The notes: generated by a model not told the origin, from the letters alone. DNA of 36,159 nucleotides from Bipalium vagum (GCA_037834085.1 JBBMKC010196164.1:1-36159), one strand, 5' to 3'. Positions 1 to 11,350 are shown, counted from the first letter of the stretch. Numbers and translations are program-made.

Positions 1-164
1 ATTTGAAAAATTTAAACAATAAAAAATAGTTTAGAAATTTTTTAATTTATTAACAATTATTTAGAATTTTAGGGTGCCTTTTAATTTTTTTCCATGAGTA
101 TATTTCAATTTTTGTTTGTACGATATTAGATTAATTCATAAAAAACTGTTCGAAGATGTGTTCC

Positions 165-500
165 ACAGTATTGGTAGCGTGTTCCTCTTTTTATTTCTCA
201 AAGTATATGGTAAGAAGGAAATTGTTAATCAACTTCAAGAGGTATACCGAAAAGAAGCCTCTTCTCAGGCAATAGCTTGTTCCGATAATTGTCTATTGGA
301 TGAACAAGTGTTTTCAATGTAACCAAAAGTGAAAATCTTTCGAAATTAGTGATGAAATTACTAAAAAAATTGAAATATTGTGAAAAATTATAATAAAGGA
401 ACGAAAAATTACTCAAGCGCAGCCACCTAAGAGTCTGTAATTAATAAGAATAATTTAAAATACCAAAGTTATGCAGCAGGTTTGTGTCAAGATTGTATAC
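165..500 (+). mobile_element. Decayed mariner transposase N-terminal (HTH) fragment
   Basis: FLFLKVYGKKEIVNQLQEVYRKEASSQA resembles the mariner HTH. Frameshifted downstream. Confidence 0.6.
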
Positions 501-1018
501 GAATTGTTAAAAATATTTTGTTGACTTCATTATTTTGATAGACTCTTATTAAGTTTTAGCCCTACCACGGATGTTTAGGTTGAAAAATATTTCTAAGCGT
601 GAGAAATGGTTTTGCCTAGAAATAAAACAGAACTTTCATTGTCAAAAAGAGAATTTTTTTATTTTATTTCTACCAATTTAGATATTTTTATATTATAAAT
701 TATTAGTGTAAGGATTATATTTTAATTAATATTAAACAATAAATAATAAATCATCAATATTTTTAAAATAAATTTTAAAGTATTATATAATTTAAAATTT
801 AATCCTTAATGTAAAATAAATTTTAATAAAAATAATAAAATAAATAAATAAAAAAATAATAAATAATAAAATTTTAATAAATTTTAAGGTTTCTTTTAAG
901 AGTTAAATAATTAAACTATTTTAATAAAAGTTTCAGATAATTAATTTGTGTAAAAAATAAAAAGAGGACACTTAAAACAAAATCTTGACTTTATGAATTC
1001 AGAAACTATTGAGGGAAA

Positions 1019-1166
1019 TTAGGTTGATGGGAAAAGAATTGTCACTTTATCATCTCATAAATCAAAAGTCGATAAGTCACTATAAAAGAAATTATTAATC
1101 AAAATATGCACCATTGGCATATACAACTCTTTGTCAATGTCCTACAAGTTTCTTTATAACGTTTCT
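1019..1166 (-). mobile_element. Mariner 3' end fragment with TIR
   Basis: Minus strand reads IKKLVGH*QRVVYANGAYFD*. TIR ttaggttgatgggaaaagaattgtcac at 1019-1045. Confidence 0.75.
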
Positions 1167-1204
1167 AATTTTAATAATTTTTATATTAAATATTAATTTT
1201 TTGA

Positions 1205-1649
1205 AATAATGCATCAAGCTTTTTGCATTAAGCAAACTTCTTTGATCAATAGGAAAGGAATCATACTATTGCATGATAATGCCCGACCACATGTGTCAAA
1301 GAAGACGTTGCAAAAGCTGTTAGACTTCAAAATTGAAACTTTGAAACATCCACCATATTCGTCCAACTTATCTCCGACAGATTATCATTTTTTTAAGCAT
1401 TTAGATAATTTTTTGGAATAAAAAAATTATTGCTAATCCGGTGTATTGTCAAAAAGGCCATGTCCAAATTCATCGAATCCAGAGAACCAGATTTTTATGC
1501 CACTGGCATTTTGAAACTAGTTTCTAGATTGCAAAAATAAGTAAAATATGATGGTGAATATTTCAATTAAATAAAACTTTTTTATTGGACTTTTATTGCT
1601 TTTTATTGCGTATTAAGTAATCGGACATTTCATATGTGACAACCTAATA
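1205..1649 (+). mobile_element. Mariner (DD34D) 3' half with right TIR, decayed
   Basis: LLHDNARPH and HPPYSSNLSPTDYHFFKHLD motifs. Ends ...gtgacaacctaaTA. Confidence 0.9.
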
Positions 1650-2096
1650 TAAAAATAATTAATATTCAAAATTAATTAATATCAACCTGGAAGAAAATCT
1701 TTAAAGTGACTAGTTGTTTAATAGTTACATTTTTTAACTTTTTGTTAAACTTCATACTTTCATTCATATTTTTAAAGAAATAAATTATGAAGTATTTTTA
1801 AATAGGGTAATTAAAATAAATAAACTTTATTTTTCTTTGGAAAATCAAACATGTCTTGTTATCTAACTGATATAATAATGTTAATAAATTTTTTTTATAT
1901 AAATTAGTATAAATTTAACCAACTAGTTAAAATCATTAAGTACAACTTTTAGTATTTCATTACATTATTTAGGTCATGTTCTATATTGGTATACAAGTAT
2001 GGTTATTTCAGATTAAAATAACATAAGTAACATTTTTAAATAACAAAAAATTATGAACATATATTTACAATATGAAAAACTATAATAAATCGTTAC

Positions 2097-2171
2097 CTTA
2101 ATCGAATAAAATCCTTTTCCTAGAGCAACTAAATCTTCTGGTGTCATTGAAGCCCCATCAATCAGGAAAAT
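2097..2171 (-). CDS. HAL: HAL 75-nt exon (IFLIDGASMTPEDLVALGKGFYSIK)
   Basis: Clear similarity to the start of the histidase domain. TATAAG| acceptor and AAG|GTAACG donor. Confidence 0.9.
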
Positions 2172-3219
2172 CTTATATATCAATATTTTTTCATAAAATA
2201 TCATATAAAAATATTTACTTCCTTTGAGATATTAAATTCTTTGGGACTGTGCAAATATCGTTAGAAAAATCATTTTAAATTTGAAATAATTAATTATTAT
2301 CAAAATAAATATTAAAAAAAATTGGTATTTGTTTTAATTGTAATGATAAGCTTTCTTCAAAGGATACAAATATTCGAACGGCAGATAAAGATTTGAAATA
2401 CCTTTGGTATCATCAACTTCATGTTGGGTTTTGATATCTTTAATAGTAAAAAATATGATTAATTATTATATATTTTTATTATACGTAATATTTCATTATC
2501 AAAGTATCAATCTAAAATAAAAATTCGGTTTAAGATTCAAGCAACATTTACAGTATTCTATAGCTACTTAATAAGATTATATTCTTTTATTTATAGTGTT
2601 TCAAAAATATGAATAAGCGTTTAAACAAATAAAAATAATCAATTTTTCAATATTTTTATATATTATTGTAGATAAATCATTGGAAAAATATAAATATTTT
2701 ATAAATGTATGGAAAAAGAAAATAAATTCAGTTGAAAATTAGTTGATTATCTTTGCTTTAAACCCGTATACATATTTATGAAACAACCTATATATATTGT
2801 ATATTAAACAAATTTTCAGTCTTTGTTTTATTCTGAATATTTTTTTGAAATATAAAATGTATTATGAATAATGAAATTTATGCTGAATTTGCATAATATA
2901 AAAATTAATATTAAAAATTTAATAAATTAAAATTATTTCATATTGTTTTACTGAAGAAATGATTTTTAAATTTTAAAAAGTAACCTAATTTTATATATTC
3001 TTCAGCTACTAAAACTGAACCAATGCGATCTTCTGGATCAAGAAGAGCCATATTTTGAATTCTTCTAATTGAAATAATATCTTTTTTTTCAATTGCCTTT
3101 ACGGGACTTTTTATTTTATTGAACTTTATTATGGCATTATTTATCAATTTTTCAATTTTGTCATCTTCTTTGCATGATATAGTCATCCAGTCATTTACGA
3201 TTTGAACGTTTAACCTCAT
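2097..3219 (-). CDS. HAL: Histidine ammonia-lyase (histidase), 5' part. Coding exons 3219-2985, 2437-2368, 2246-2219, 2171-2097; the gene continues beyond the left edge
   Basis: Spliced translation MRLNVQIVNDWMTISCKEDDKIEKL...LLDPEDRIGSVLVAEEYIKL|DIKTQHEVDDTKGISNLYLPFEY|FPKEFNISKE|IFLIDGASMTPEDLVALGKGFYSIK. It resembles the animal HAL N-terminus (Par3/HAL N-term domain followed by 'LDGDRLTTEDLVNLGKGRYKIK'). All junctions are GT-AG with consistent phases (1,2,0,0). No further HAL exon was found in 1-2096. Confidence 0.9.
2219..2246 (-). CDS. HAL: HAL 28-nt micro-exon
   Basis: TTGCACAG|TCCC...GGAA|GTAAAT. It restores phase 0 for the next exon. Confidence 0.75.
2247..2367 (-). other. Probable U12-type (minor spliceosome) GT-AG intron of HAL, 121 nt
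   Basis: The 5' splice site GTATCCTTT is an exact U12 consensus. A candidate branch site TTTTTCTAAC lies about 15 nt upstream of the terminal CAG, with no long pyrimidine tract. Phase 2. Confidence 0.72.
2368..2437 (-). CDS. HAL: HAL second coding exon (70 nt)
   Basis: Acceptor TTAAAG| at 2438, open frame, ends in phase 2 at the donor GTATCCTTT. Confidence 0.75.
2985..3219 (-). CDS. HAL: HAL first coding exon (Par3/HAL N-terminal ubiquitin-like domain)
   Basis: ATG at 3219, donor TTAG|GTTACT at 2984, 235 nt, ends in phase 1. Motifs W-x-x-x-x-C and LLDPED. Confidence 0.9.
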
Positions 3220-3233
3220 CTTATTTAGTTAAC

Positions 3234-3289
3234 CTGAAATTTTTAAAAATATAAAACAACATATTTATATGAATTATTTGTTTATATAC
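3234..3289 (-). other. Putative 56-nt 5'-UTR intron of HAL
   Basis: AAG|GTATAT ... ATTTCAG|, ending 14 nt before the ATG. Confidence 0.55.
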
Positions 3290-3619
3290 CTTATTTCGGG
3301 TAGTAGTTACAAACCACAAATTAGAGATCACTGTTTATATTAGTTGTATTTTAATAAAATATTTATATTAATAATAAAAATGATAGTTTGAATTATTCAA
3401 ATTCTCATTTCAATTTCAATTTTGTTTAAATAATCATCACATTGTTTAGTTACGGATAAATCAATTTCATAAAATAATTTTTAGCTTAAATTTCTTGGCT
3501 GTTTTTATAAAAAAATATTTATCATATTAAAATCAATAAAAATTAAAAAAAGAAAAAGTATCTTTAGAAAATAATATTTACTTCAATACTTAAATGTAAT
3601 TTTAAACATTTCTCAATAG

Positions 3620-3895
3620 TGAATAAAGTAGGAACGTCAGCTGTTCACAGAAATAGATTTGAAGACATTTAGAGTGCAAAAAATCCCAGGCATAGATGAA
3701 ACTAAAAAAGTATTCGTCAAAAAACGAGATAGAAAATAATTTTTTAACAAAACTTGAATGCTGCATTTTTGATGACGAAACAAACAAGATGCAAGAACAA
3801 CATCAATGTAGTTCCAAAATAATCCAAATCACCAAATTGTCCGGAATTACGTCCAATCGAGCACTATTGGGACAATATAACATCCAAAATCAAAG
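3620..3895 (+). mobile_element. Internally deleted DD37E-type (ITmD37E-like) transposase fragment
   Basis: Across frameshifts it reads LKTFRVQK..., LTKLECCIFDDET (first catalytic D) and SPNCPELRPIEHYW (catalytic E motif). Confidence 0.7.
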
Positions 3896-3899
3896 TATA

Positions 3900-4667
3900 A
3901 GCTTCATTGGTCCCACAAAAATCTTAGAAAAGTCTTTATCCCATGGATTTTCGTTTTTGGTATTGCTTTGGAGGGCTGTCCAAGATCGCAAATTATTTTT
4001 CTGCTTTTAAGGTTTACGAAAGAAATCAACTTTTCGTCACTCGTAATAATTCGTTGCAGGAAACTTTTCCTTTTTTGTCGATTAAGTAAAATTTTACTTG
4101 TAACTTTACCTTTTTTCATGTCTTTCACCTTGAGATCGTTTGGCATTCATTTACATACTTTGCATACCTTTCCAATAGCTTTTAGATGTTGGGTAATTGA
4201 AGATTGAGAAGCATTTAATGATTTAGCATTTAATGTTTGAGTTTGGCACTGATCTTCAGCCACCAATGCTTCCATGTCTTGATTTTCAAACACTTTCGTT
4301 TGTCCTAGGTGCTCTTTATGTTCCAGCATAAATTCGCTTTTTGAAAACTTGTTAACCATCTTTTGCAAGCGGTTTTTGATAGAGAATTGACCTCCAACAA
4401 AGATATTTTGAGTTTCTGCTGCAGATTTCTTGTAACAAAATGAAATAATATAACTTCACGCAAATGTTACTTATTTGGTATGTAAACTGCCATCTTAAAA
4501 AGGATAAAAATAAAATATGGTTAAAGATCTCAGAATATTTTTTATAGATTTTTCTTGAAAAATGCAAAAACAATATATATTGAAATAGTTTACTTAAGCA
4601 AATTTAATAAATTATCTTTATTAAATCAATTTAGAAAAAGGCTCACTTTTAATGCATACACCTAATA
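3900..4667 (-). mobile_element. Mos1-like (mauritiana-type) mariner, 5' half with left TIR, frameshifted
   Basis: RQKRKSFLQRIITSDEKLISFVN, DLGQPS, EDQCQTQ and HLKAIGKV motifs. TIR TAttaggtgtatgcattaaaagtgagc at the 4667 end. Confidence 0.9.
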
Positions 4668-5664
4668 ATTCTTTTAATGGTTATAATTCATATGAATCAA
4701 AATAATATTCAAAATAATAATAATATAATATTCAACCAATAGTAATCCATTTTAATTTCTAATTTGATAATTAATAACTAGAAGTATATTTACCTTTCCC
4801 AATAAGTTTATTATTGTTTGATACGAAAATGTATTTCCATACCTAAACTCATTCTTTCATTTATACTTTAATTGTAGTATATATTCTTATTTATTACAAA
4901 TATTACTTAAATCAATTTTTATTTTTATTATTTCCATATTTATATAAAAATTACTTTCCCATACTTAGTGAGTTCCAGGGAAACAGCACACAGCTGTAAT
5001 ATTGTTTTTAACTATTTAAGATTGAATCTCTTAATTCTCAACCAAATAGGAGATCATTCTGAATCACTTTAATTTTTTTTCTGTAAAACTATCTTTTTTT
5101 TTAAAACAATTTAACTTAAATTTTTATATTTTATATATACTTTATATTTCATATATTTTTATGATTATTAATATTTTTATATTTTTAATCTCTGAGAGTT
5201 TTCATAAAAGATCGATATTATATCCTATTAATTTTCCAGTGTTTTTATTCATGAGAAAATTACTTTATTGATTAAAATTTATTTATTTTTTTAAAAATAC
5301 TAAGATTTTAATTACGGATTTTAAATCGCTTATCAACATTTTACACAAAACCTTTTTCAAAGATCACAAAAATATTCTTATTTATTTTTTCTTTTTTTAT
5401 TATTGATTTTTCTTTTTTATTATTAATTTTTAAAAAGTCTCTCCTATCTTAATATCATTAGTATTGTAAAAATAAATAAAACGATTATGATGGACAACTC
5501 AAGACATTTTTTCTGAATATTTATTTTAAAAATAAAATACTTCACACATAAAAATTTAGATGAAATCAATCACACAGTTTAAGGACGATAAAAAGATGGC
5601 TCAAGAAATATTCAATATGATAAATATGTTGCTTCATCTTATAAAAGTAGATTTTTTGTTTTAA

Positions 5665-6822
5665 TCATATCATAATATGGCTTTTTAAGTTTTTAAAAAG
5701 ACTAAAACGAGAATTGAGATTTGGGTTTCTTTTCTTTCTCCCATTGTTGAAATTAAAGCAGACAAGTGTTTTAACGGTCTTCAAAAATCTTTTACTTAGC
5801 CAAAGATAAAATATAAAATTAATATCATGTTTTAAAACAAAAAGAAAAGTGACTATTTTACTATATAAATAAATATTGTTATTTGAAAAAAGTTTCTGTT
5901 GATAGTTGGCCAAAAATATTAAAATAACCAATGGTAATTGAAAAAAGAAAAATGAAAGTATGAGAAAAAATAACAAGAGAGATATCTTAATATGATCCCT
6001 CAAACATGAATGTTTGATTGCTTTTGAAGCAGAGAACGTTGTCTTTCTGCAGATCAACTTCAATGAACGGTTCACACATAGTACTAAGTTAATATTTACG
6101 AATAAGATCATAAAACTGGGTAATAAAAGAAAGAGTATTAGCGATACAACCCAAATATGCAGATCTTCATAAATGTAATTCAATCCCAGATTGGAATATG
6201 TAACCAGAGTCAAATTATAAAAAGAAACGTTGTCCAGGATCGTAAAATTGGCAAATTTGAAGAATTGAGGAAAATACAGTGCAACGGAACTGGTAATTAC
6301 AATGACCAAGACTCCGGTTTTATTGTTAAAGAAATATAACTTAGTATAATAGACAAACGGTTTGCAAATGGCATGGTATCTGTCCAAGGCCAATGAAACG
6401 GTTATCCAGTTGGATATAAATATTATCATTTGGAGAAAGGTTGAAATGTAAGGAGCCAATATTTGCTTCCATTGTTGGGACATGGCCAAAACCTCTGGAA
6501 GGGTTGATGTTAACAGAATTATAACAAGACTAAACATGTCCACAAAGCCGAGGACAATGAGAAAATAATTATTTTTCGATGTGCCTATCCATCTGGATTT
6601 GATGATAATGATCGTTGCCAGAATGACACAAATTCCAATCACACAACTCAAAGGGGTCAAGACATTTGATATAAAATTATTAATCCACAAATTCGATGGA
6701 TACGTTCCGTTGTCCAAAAGAACGTCTGATATTTTGAGATCACATTCCAACGAAATGTAAAGATCATAATTTTCCTGGCAAAGTCTGTCTTGAGTAGAAA
6801 TATTTGAATTCATATCTATCAT
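5665..6822 (-). CDS. Orphan rhodopsin-class (class A) GPCR, FMRFamide/peptide-receptor-like (srw-like), about 385 aa, CDS without introns
   Basis: Seven hydrophobic segments: TM2 LGFVD, TM3 SNWITVSLALDRYHAICKP, TM5 LLP..ILFVN, TM6 FFFFQLP, TM7 NFIFY, plus N-terminal N-glycosylation sequons. The start is probably ATG 6822, because the ORF-track ATG at 6864 lies in a putative 50-nt intron. Confidence 0.9.
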   Translation of the reverse strand: MIDMNSNISTQDRLCQENYDLYISLECDLKISDVLLDNGTYPSNLWINNFISNVLTPLSCVIGICVILATIIIIKSRWIGTSKNNYFLIVLGFVDMFSLVIILLTSTLPEVLAMSQQWKQILAPYISTFLQMIIFISNWITVSLALDRYHAICKPFVYYTKLYFFNNKTGVLVIVITSSVALYFPQFFKFANFTILDNVSFYNLTLVTYSNLGLNYIYEDLHIWVVSLILFLLLPSFMILFVNINLVLCVNRSLKLICRKTTFSASKAIKHSCLRDHIKISLLLFFLILSFFFFQLPLVILIFLANYQQKLFSNNNIYLYSKIVTFLFVLKHDINFIFYLWLSKRFLKTVKTLVCFNFNNGRKKRNPNLNSRFSLFKNLKSHIMI

Positions 6823-6842
6823 TCCTGATCTGTCTACGCTGG

Positions 6843-6892
6843 CTTTATATATATATAAGAACATATAGTCAAAGACTTTATGAAGACTTTAC
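6843..6892 (-). other. Putative 50-nt 5'-UTR intron of the GPCR gene
   Basis: ATG|GTAAAG ... TATAAAG|. Same size class as the other short introns in the window. Confidence 0.45.
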
Positions 6893-7644
6893 CATTAAAT
6901 AAGACAAAAAAATAAAATAAGTTTCTGTTCAACTTTGTTTTAGTATTAATATATATGGTTTTTTTCAATGACAACTTAGAACCAAAAATAAAAAATAATT
7001 AGTAACTAATTAACGGCAATTAAATATTAATGTACGGCTGACGCAATTTAAAATGAATGTAAAAACTGTTAAATAGAAGTACAGTGAAGAAAAGGAAGAA
7101 AAGGACGACCTTTGAATGGCAAAAATAAGAACTCTATTTATAAAATGATCTAAATTTACCACAAAGTCTGATAATTATATTTCTGTTGAAATCGTCCGGG
7201 CAAAGAAACTCGAGTCAAGACAACTGTCAGACTGTAAAATGTTACCAGAACACCTACTGGAGGCGAAAGCTATTTATCAATTTGTCTTTAAAAATAAATG
7301 ATACCTATCTTTTGGAAAAAGATATTTGTTTTTACTTCTACGGAATAAAATTTTATTAATAGAAAATTATTCATAATTAACATTTTTTTTTATTTCAGTC
7401 AAATGACACTAATTATTATTGCATTGATTTTTCCTGGAGAATTAGTATCTTTTCCACATTATTTTTAGTAACTTAGTTGAAATTTTTCCTTCAATATTCA
7501 ACATATCTTTTATGTATTATATACAATGTTTAATCTCATATTATAAAAACCAAATACCTTAACAGTAGTGCTACCAATAAGTAATGTCGTTTTTATCAGA
7601 TGCAAGATTATCAGAATTTACTAGTATATTTACTAATATATATA

Positions 7645-9078
7645 CATTACCGCCCAAAAGTATTAAGCAGTTACTTAAAATTTTAAATATAATATGAATA
7701 GATCATATTCGTAAGGATCTACTTTTCAAAAAGTTTATTCGGATTATACAAATACTGCTATTTATGTTACTTTGCGAATCTCAAATGAAAATTTTAATTT
7801 GATATAAATTAATGATTTCAGAAACTAAAAGATCTTTGAATATCGAAATTTGAAATAAGATTCTTAGCTTTTCATTTATTTTTAATTTTCACTATAGTTT
7901 TATATTATGTTTCATGTTACATTTAATTTAAAGACATTACTGTAACACATTAAAAAAAAGTTCATTATTTTATTACATACAATAGACACAAAAAATTCGA
8001 GCACTATTAAATTGAGACAACTTTTCTTAAAACATTGATTAATAATTAATAAAGGTAATATTTCGTAGGCAATCCGTCATTGTCAATTACTGCTTGGCGT
8101 CTGCATGGCATGCTTTCGACAAGATTTATGAGAAGTTCTGGTTTTAAATTTTTCCATCGAAAGTACAAAAGTTTAAATAAACCATTTTCATCTTTTGGAT
8201 TTCTATCTATCACTTTTTTTCCAGAAAAATCCATACGTTTTCAATAGGATTTAAATCTGAACTTTGAGACGACCAATCTAAATTAATAATATTTGTGTTC
8301 TGTAATTATTTTAGAATTCTTTTCACTTTGTGCTTCGGATCATTGTTATGCTGTACACACATAATGACCACCTGGGAACAATTTTTTGAAGGTTTAATTT
8401 GCCTAATTAATATTTGACAATATTTTCTTTATCCATTATTCCGTGAATTCTACAAAGATTTCCAACACCTTGTGCAGCAAAACATCCCCAAACCATTATT
8501 TTTTATCATGTTTAACTGTTCCTGTAATACGTGAAGCAGAATAGTGTTCATTTGGACGTAACATTTATGGTTAATCGTTTGACCATAATACTTTTTTCAA
8601 CTCTTCAACACTCCAACTTAGATGTTCTTTTGTCCATGACAAAAGTCTGCTGATTAATAGCAGAGACAAAAATTTTTCTCACTTGAAAATGCCAGCTTCA
8701 TGTAATCTGTTACGGATGGTTTGTGATGAAACATTCATTCTTAGATCTGCTTTGATCGCTTTTTGATGACTGAGCTTTCCTAATTTTCTTTGATATTTCT
8801 CTTCCTGGAAATCCATAATTTGAATATGCCACAATCTGTTCGTTTTGAAAATCCATTAGTTTCATTATTTTATCCATATTCATAATCTAAAATATTTGAA
8901 ATTACACAAAATTTTAATTTACAAAAAGTTTAGCTAAACAAATACTTACAAAATATAATCTATTAAATTCTTTGTTGAAATATGAAAACAGGAGAAATTA
9001 TATTAAGAAAAAACTAAAAAGAAAATTACAATAATTATATATGAAAAATAAAGTGATCGGATTTTTTTGTAGGTATTG
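7645..9078 (-). mobile_element. Decayed Tc1-like (DD34E) element with degenerate TIRs and TA flanks
   Basis: MVWGCFAAQGVG, WSSQSSDLNPIENVW and ESMPCRRQAVIDNDGLPTKY motifs. Ends are TAcattacc... (7643) and ...ggtattgTA (9080). Confidence 0.85.
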
Positions 9079-9159
9079 TAAATATATTTTTATTAGAAGT
9101 GTTTTCTTCGAAGTACGTTGTACTTATTTGCCATAAAAATATAAATAGTATTAGAGAAA

Positions 9160-10110
9160 TGATCAAAATGAGAGAATTAACAATAACAGAACGAGAAAGA
9201 ATTTTGGTTTATCATGAAGAGGGTAACTTTCAAGTGGCAATGTCTCAGAAAATGCCTGCAGTGAAAACTTCACAGATTCCAGGACCAACGATTTTATGAA
9301 CAAACAGTGGTTCGTGAAACCACGAAAAACAAACAGAGTACATGATAGAGAAATTAAGAAATTAAGCAGAAATTGTAACTGCAAAATATAACGAATTTCA
9401 GGAAGCGAATCTCAACGTACCTACCATAAGACGCAGGCTGAACAGTTTTTGCTTGCACGGCCAAATAGGTGCAAAAAACCTTTATTTAGAAAAGTTAATA
9501 AAGCAAAAAGAACATCATCAAACATTGAAAATGGACATTTGACTAATGGAAAAAGGACTTATTGAATGATGAATCGAGTTTCCAGATTTTTGATTCTCCT
9601 CACGGAATGGTCGTTAGAAGATTTGCTGCAGAAAGTTATAAGGAAAATTTTTTGGTGTCAACAATCAAGTTTGGAGGTATTAATAGTATTAATAGTTATG
9701 TTAGTGTTTAGGGATACTTTGGAGGAGAAAATGTTGACCAATTGAAGGAACCATGACAAAATAAGTTTATAAGAATATTTTGGAAAATATAGGTATATCA
9801 TCTGGGAGATAATTATTTGAAGAGAAATATATATTTATACATGACAATGATCCAAATATACTAGCAAGATATACAAAGCCCAGTCGGGGAAGTTAGAGCA
9901 GCAGAATATCCTCCAAGTAATGGAATAGTCTTCTCAATCATCAGACCTTAATCCTTTTCTATTAACTTGGGATAAATTGGACAGAAAAAATTGGCAACAA
10001 CAGCCATATTCGGTAAAGAGTCTTTGGGAAACACTACAAATACAATAGCTTACAATAACATCATAAATTCTACGGAAATTACTCTGTAGTATGCCGAGAA
10101 CCTATGTACC
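9160..10110 (+). mobile_element. Decayed Tc1-like transposase
   Basis: MRELTITERERILVYHEEG (HTH), DESSFQIF, FIHDNDP and SQSSDLNP motifs with many stops. Confidence 0.85.
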
Positions 10111-10249
10111 TAGCTTAGTAGTGTGTTTTCAGACTAAAATATTTTGTGTGATTTTTACTAAGCTGATGCTTCTTAATAAGCTACTACCTTTACTAATAAT
10201 TGTTTTTTTTCAAAATAAATAATTATGCTGAAGATATAATTTTATAAAG

Positions 10250-11350
10250 TGAGAAAATAAAAGAAATACCTATTTAAATTAGATGGAGTTCAATTTGCCA
10301 AATCAACATCAAATGCAAAAGCTGCCGGTTATTTCAAAGTACATATGAGCCTTAGATCAAAAAATTTAATGGAATTCAATAAAAATAAAATTCGAAAGTT
10401 TCAAAATGTGTTCGCGAAATCAAATGGCCAATTCTAGAAATCTATAAGTCAAATATATTTAGTCATTCTAAATCAAAGAAAAGAAGAACATTTAGTGTCA
10501 TGTACGAGTATATTACAAGAATCTAGTGTATATGTAATAAGAACGAAAATGAATGATTTCAAAGGATCATATTTCTAGATTTCAAAATTTTTGAAAAGAA
10601 ATAATTTAATAAGACGTGTAACAGCATTTGGACTAAAGTTGCCTGATGACTGTGCAGAAAAAATTGTAAAAATTGTAAATTTTTTTACTGAAAATAAAAC
10701 TATGCACTTTGTCAAATTGGAAACATGGATAACGTTATAGTGCACTTTGATATTCCTTCAAAGCTTACTATTGATCAAAAGGCGGCGATAAATGATGTTG
10801 ATTTGCAGTAGTTTTTTCTGTTACAGTTGATGGTGAGAAACCTCCTGCTTGCGTTTTATATTTCGTCATAATGATGGACTCTGAACCTGGTCATCATACA
10901 GATGAAGTAAAATCAATTTAAAAGGCTTCTGAAACTTTTATTGCAATGATACCTGCTGAACTAACAAAAAAATTGCAAGTGTTAGATATAAGTATTAACA
11001 AATCATTTTTACAAATCATTAACCTTAGTCGTAAATGGGAAAATTGGATGATACGTGGTTATAAATAGTATTCAAAAATGGTAACTTAAAACGATTTTTC
11101 TATGAAGAAATGTACCTATAGATATCACAATTGTGGAATGATATCCAGCAGTCTGCAATAAAAAATGGTTTAATAAAACTTCAATTAACTTTTATGATGC
11201 AACTGAGTATTCTATTTATCATGAATTTAATGATTCTACTGAGAAAATCGATGAAAACAATGATGATGAAATAAAAGATATTAGAAGAAATTTGTTTGAT
11301 ATCTTCTTGTATGAAGAATATTTTGATAGTGAAGAAGAAGAATTATTTTC
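10250..11350 (+). mobile_element. Decayed pogo/Tigger-like (CENP-B HTH + DDE_1) element
   Basis: FLKRNNLIRRVT, MMDSEPGHHTDEVK, MIPAELTKKLQVLDISINKSF and LWNDIQQSAIKNG, followed by an acidic tail. Confidence 0.8.

Noticed and set aside
565-616. Exon-like segment on the minus strand as the next HAL exon
   Set aside because: Its translation (AKPFLTLRNIFQPKHP) does not resemble the expected HAL continuation.
5830-5832. TM7 lysine of the GPCR as an opsin retinal-binding Lys
   Set aside because: It sits at 7.45, four residues before N7.49, not at 7.43 as in opsins. No other opsin motifs are present.
6157-6339. Short antisense ORFs overlapping the GPCR and GH20 exons (also 14779-14988 and 19953-20177)
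   Set aside because: These are shadow or alternate-frame ORFs of real coding sequence with no independent features.
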